DNA of 64,000 bases from Eledone cirrhosa (lineage: Eukaryota). Where the stretch lies: the NCBI GenBank assembly GCA_964016885.1, contig OZ024741.1:68696001-68760000 (forward strand). Reading direction: 5' to 3'. The translations under genes and the position numbers were made by a program. The notes beneath the pieces were generated by a model, which was not told where the DNA came from, did not search any database, and saw only the letters and a list, made by a program, of their open reading frames with translations. This document shows positions 60,263 to 64,000 of this stretch, one piece after another. Position 1 is the first letter of the stretch, and each line of letters starts with the position of its first letter.

Positions 60263-61011
60263 ATGGCATCTCATTCTGTTCTACCTACGTACACGGGTGA
60301 CGTAAGGTTATGGTTCGCCCAACTCGAAGCATTTTTCGAGGCGAACAGAATCGACGAAGCACAACAGCGTCCCCTAGTCCTTAGTGAAATTCCGCCGACA
60401 CTTATCCCAGCAATTAAGGACCTGGTGTTAAATACACCCACCGACGCGACGTACAGGTCTCTGAAGGCTGAAATACTCAGCCGGACTGCACAGTCCGCAG
60501 AGAAAAGATTTAGGGCTCTGGTCCATCTGGAGCATATCGGTGAGGGCACCCATCGAACCTCCTAAGGCGAATGAAGGACCTAACGGAGGCGTTGGTAGCG
60601 GAATCTGCCATGTTGAAGCAGTTGTTCTTTTCGCGCCTACCGACCAACGTACAGGCAATTTTGGCCCCCATTAGGGATACTTGCACAGTGGATCAGCTTG
60701 CCGCTGTTTCCCAACCAGCTCAGGCCACACCTGGCCATGCCATCTGTGCGGCAGCTCCTACAGACAGCTCAGCCATTATGGAGATGCAGAAGTCCATTCA
60801 GGAACTCACCCTTGAGCTCCAGAAGATGAAGGTCTGGTGTGGTGCCCGTTCGCGCTCGCGCAGCCGCGGGAGATCTCACTCTTTTAGACGCCGCCCCAGG
60901 TCACCAGCTTCATCTTTATGCTGGTACCACAAGCGTTTTGCCGAGAGCGCGAACCACTGCGTACAACCTTGCTCGTTTCATAAAGCGGGAAACGCCAAAG
61001 AGGTCCGCTGA
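60263..61011 (+). pseudogene. gag: Gypsy gag (frameshifted)
   Basis: LPTYTGDVRLWFAQLEAFF; LKQLFFSRLPTNVQAIL; CWYHKRFAESANHCVQPC. Confidence 0.85.
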
Positions 61012-64000
61012 TGGGGCCAGTTGACCTCAACATAAAGCTACCAAACCGCCATTTCTTCACTAAGCACCTTATGTCGGGAAGAGTTTTCCTCGTGGATACA
61101 GGAACCTCCTGTAGTATTTGGCCGGTCCATTGCCTGAAAGATACCCTCGTGGAGTCATCCGTTACTCTGGAGGCGTTAATCACTCGTCTATAAAGACGTA
61201 CGGACAAATCTCGCTTCCTCTCAAATTCCTAAATCTTTGTAGGAATTTTAAGTGGATTTTTACGGTTGTCGATTTGCCATACCCTATCTTAGGAGCGGAT
61301 TTCCTCCACAACTTCTCTTTGACTGTGGACGTCCGTGGCCAACGCCTGATAGATGACATCACCGGTTTTTCAATTCGTGGCCAGTAAGCCAATGCTCCAA
61401 CAGTCACCCCATATTCTTCATCGCTGCCGCTGGAGACGCCTACCATTCGTTGTTAGGTTCTTTTCCGGAGCTCACCGATGGAAATTTTCGAGTCACTGAG
61501 CCAACACACTCAACTGAACATTTCATTTCCACCACCGGTGCTCCAGTGTTTTCGCGTCCACGCCGCTTACCGGCGGACAAATTAAAGACAGCACGGTCCG
61601 AGTTTGACCATATGCTGCAGCTGGGTATTATTCGCCCATCTACGAGTCCTAGGGCTTCACCGTTACACATGGTGCCCAAGACTTCTGGCGACTGGAAACC
61701 CACTGGGGATTATATGAGGTTAAATGCTATGACCGTCCCGGATAGGTATCCCATCCCCATCTCCAGGATTTCGCATCTTCATTGCAGAGGTGTAAGATTT
61801 TCTCAAAACTAGATTTAGTGCGAGCCTACCACCAAATTCCGGTCAGGAAGGAGGATATTCCGAAAACGGCGATCACAACTCCTTTCGGATCTTCGAATTT
61901 CTGACCATGCCTTTCGGACTCAGGAACGCCGCTAGCACTTTTCAGCGGTTCATAGACGAAGTCACTCGTGGTCTGGACTTCGTTTATGCATACATAGACG
62001 ATCTTCTCGTCGCTAGTTCCTCTCCGGAAGAGCATATGCACCACATGCATCTTTTATTTCGGCGACTTCTTCAGGATTACCGCGTTCGTGGGAATCCCGC
62101 AAAGTGTGTTTTCGGTTCCACTTCGCTAAATCTTTTAGGCCACCTCATCGACGCCGAAGGTATTAGGCCGATTCCCCAGCGAGTTCAAGCCATACAGGAT
62201 TTACCTCCGCCTACTACACTTCACCAGTTGCGTCACTTCTTAGGCCTAATCAATTTTTAGGGGCGTTTCGTTCCTCATTGTGCTAATTTGCTATCTTCCC
62301 TTACTGACATTTTGAAAAATCGTCGTAAGAAGAATGAGGATATTTCCTTGACACAAAGACATCTTATTAAAGACTTCCAGACTGCCAAGTCAGCACTCGC
62401 TAGTTTATCTTTGCTAGCCCACCCGGTACCAGAAGCCAAGCTTTCGCTTTGTGTTGATGCATCTGATACCGCTGTGGGAGCAGTTTTACAGCAGTACAAC
62501 GCTGGAAACCAACAACCTTTGGCATTTTTCTCAAGGAAGCTGAAACCAGCAGAAACGCGTTACAGCACGTTTGGGCGGGAATTATTAGCCATATATCTGT
62601 CGGTGAAACATTTCTCTCATATTCTTGAGGGGAGAAATTTTACTGTTTTACCTGACCACAAACCTCTGACCTTTGCTTTGAGGGCTAAAGCCGACAGATA
62701 TTCACCCAGAGAGACAAGGTACCTGGATTACGTTTCGCAATTCACAAATGATATCCAGCACATTGCTAGCTCGCTTAACATAGCTGCAGACGCATTGTCA
62801 CGTTTGCCAATCAGCTCCATCTCGTCATCCCAGGAGATTGACTTAAGTCGTTTAGCTGCAGACCAACCTGCACTCCAATCGTTGGATACTCTTTCTGCCG
62901 AGTTTGCGACTTGCATCTTCAAATATCTGCCCTTGTCGACCACCGACAGGCAGATTCTATGTGATGTATCTACGGATTCACCACGACCTTATGTTCCTGA
63001 GACTCACCGTCGAATTGTGTTCCTTGCTTTGCACAGCATTTCTCACCCAGGAATTTCAGCCACAGTAAAGCTCATAACAGCTAGATTTTTCTGGCCCAAT
63101 ATGAGGCGAGAAATTATTGTCTGGTGCCGTTCCTGCGCACAGTGTCAAAAATCTAAAGTCCACAGACATATCCGGACTCCACTTGGTACTTTCAGTACTC
63201 CAGATGCTCGGTTTCAACACATCCACATCGATATCGTTGGACCTTGGCCATTCAGTAGTGGATATTCTTACCTCTTGACCTGCATCGATCGTTTTTCGCG
63301 ATGGCCTGAAGCCATCCCCTTAAAAGACATTACCGCTGAGACTATAGCGCGTGCCCTGGTATCAGGGTGGATTGCCCGCTTTGGTGTACCAACAACAGTC
63401 ACCACAGACCGTGGTAGACAATTTGAGTCTCATCTCTTCTCTGAGATGACAAAGATCATTGGCGCTCAACGGATTCGGACCACAGCTTATCATCCTGCTT
63501 CGAACGGAATGGTAGAACGATTCCACCGCCAATTAAAGGCCGCTCTTCGCGCCTATCCAGACTCTCAACGTTGGAGCGAGTACCTTCCTATTGTGTTATT
63601 AGGAATTCGGTCATCAATAAAGGAGGACCTTGGGTTCTCCCCAGCCGAATTACTGTATGGTGCTCCTCTAGCGTTGCCTGGGCAAATGCTTGCCCCTGTT
63701 GATCTTGCTTTTCAGGATCCTCTTTCCTACGTATCTCGTTTGCGCTCCTATTTTCAGGACTTACCGTCCATGAATACTAGGAAACAAACTATTAATGTTG
63801 CAGTCCCGAGGGATATTGCCTCGTGGGCTCATATATTCGTCAGAAACGACGCCGTTGCTCCACGCCTCACACAGCCGTACTCTGGACCCTACCGTGTGTT
63901 AGCACGTACTGACAAACATTTCACGGTAGACATTAAGGGGTCCAGAGAGACAATTTCGGTGGATAGACTAAAAAGGGCATACAATGACGCTCATACACCC
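61011..64000 (+). pseudogene. pol: Gypsy pol (protease, RT, RNase H, integrase) with several frameshifts and stops
   Basis: FLVDTG; MPFGLRNAASTFQR, YIDDLL; [14 protein letters not shown]; HSISHPG..CAQC; [30 protein letters not shown]. Confidence 0.92.

Larger units (their letters stand above)
59359..64000 (+). mobile_element. Ty3/Gypsy LTR retrotransposon, CsRn1-like, degenerate, runs off the window (5' LTR boundary uncertain)
   Basis: PBS-like TGGTGACACCG; gag with CX2HX9CX3C motif; domain order PR-RT-RH-IN. Confidence 0.88.

Overview
This is eukaryotic, AT-rich, microsatellite-saturated DNA with no host gene I can support; it is essentially all transposon-derived. The SINE family and repeat landscape suggest an octopus/cephalopod genome (inference). 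1-21 kb is an array built on (ATT)n microsatellites. It holds two near-identical, intact L1/Tx1-clade LINEs on the + strand (ORF1 zinc knuckle; ORF2 APE-RT-CCHC), interleaved with four R4/Dong-clade RLE retrotransposons on the - strand. The rest holds many copies of a tRNA-derived SINE, RTE/CRE/Penelope relics, MITEs, a hAT relic, a Helitron, a 495-bp satellite inside a TIR-bounded element, and a degenerate CsRn1-like Gypsy element. The most notable signals are three. (1) A dispersed non-coding 406-438-nt repeat occurs as partial tandem multimers and carries a minimal type I hammerhead ribozyme (retrozyme-like), and three other hammerhead-bearing families are present. (2) An ATT-targeting guild of Tx1 LINE, SINE and Dong elements appears to share one niche, with the SINE 3' end resembling the LINE 3' end. 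(3) A putative 53-nt GT-AG intron would fuse LINE ORF1 and ORF2 in frame. All alignments and folds were done by eye, so boundaries of degenerate elements are approximate.
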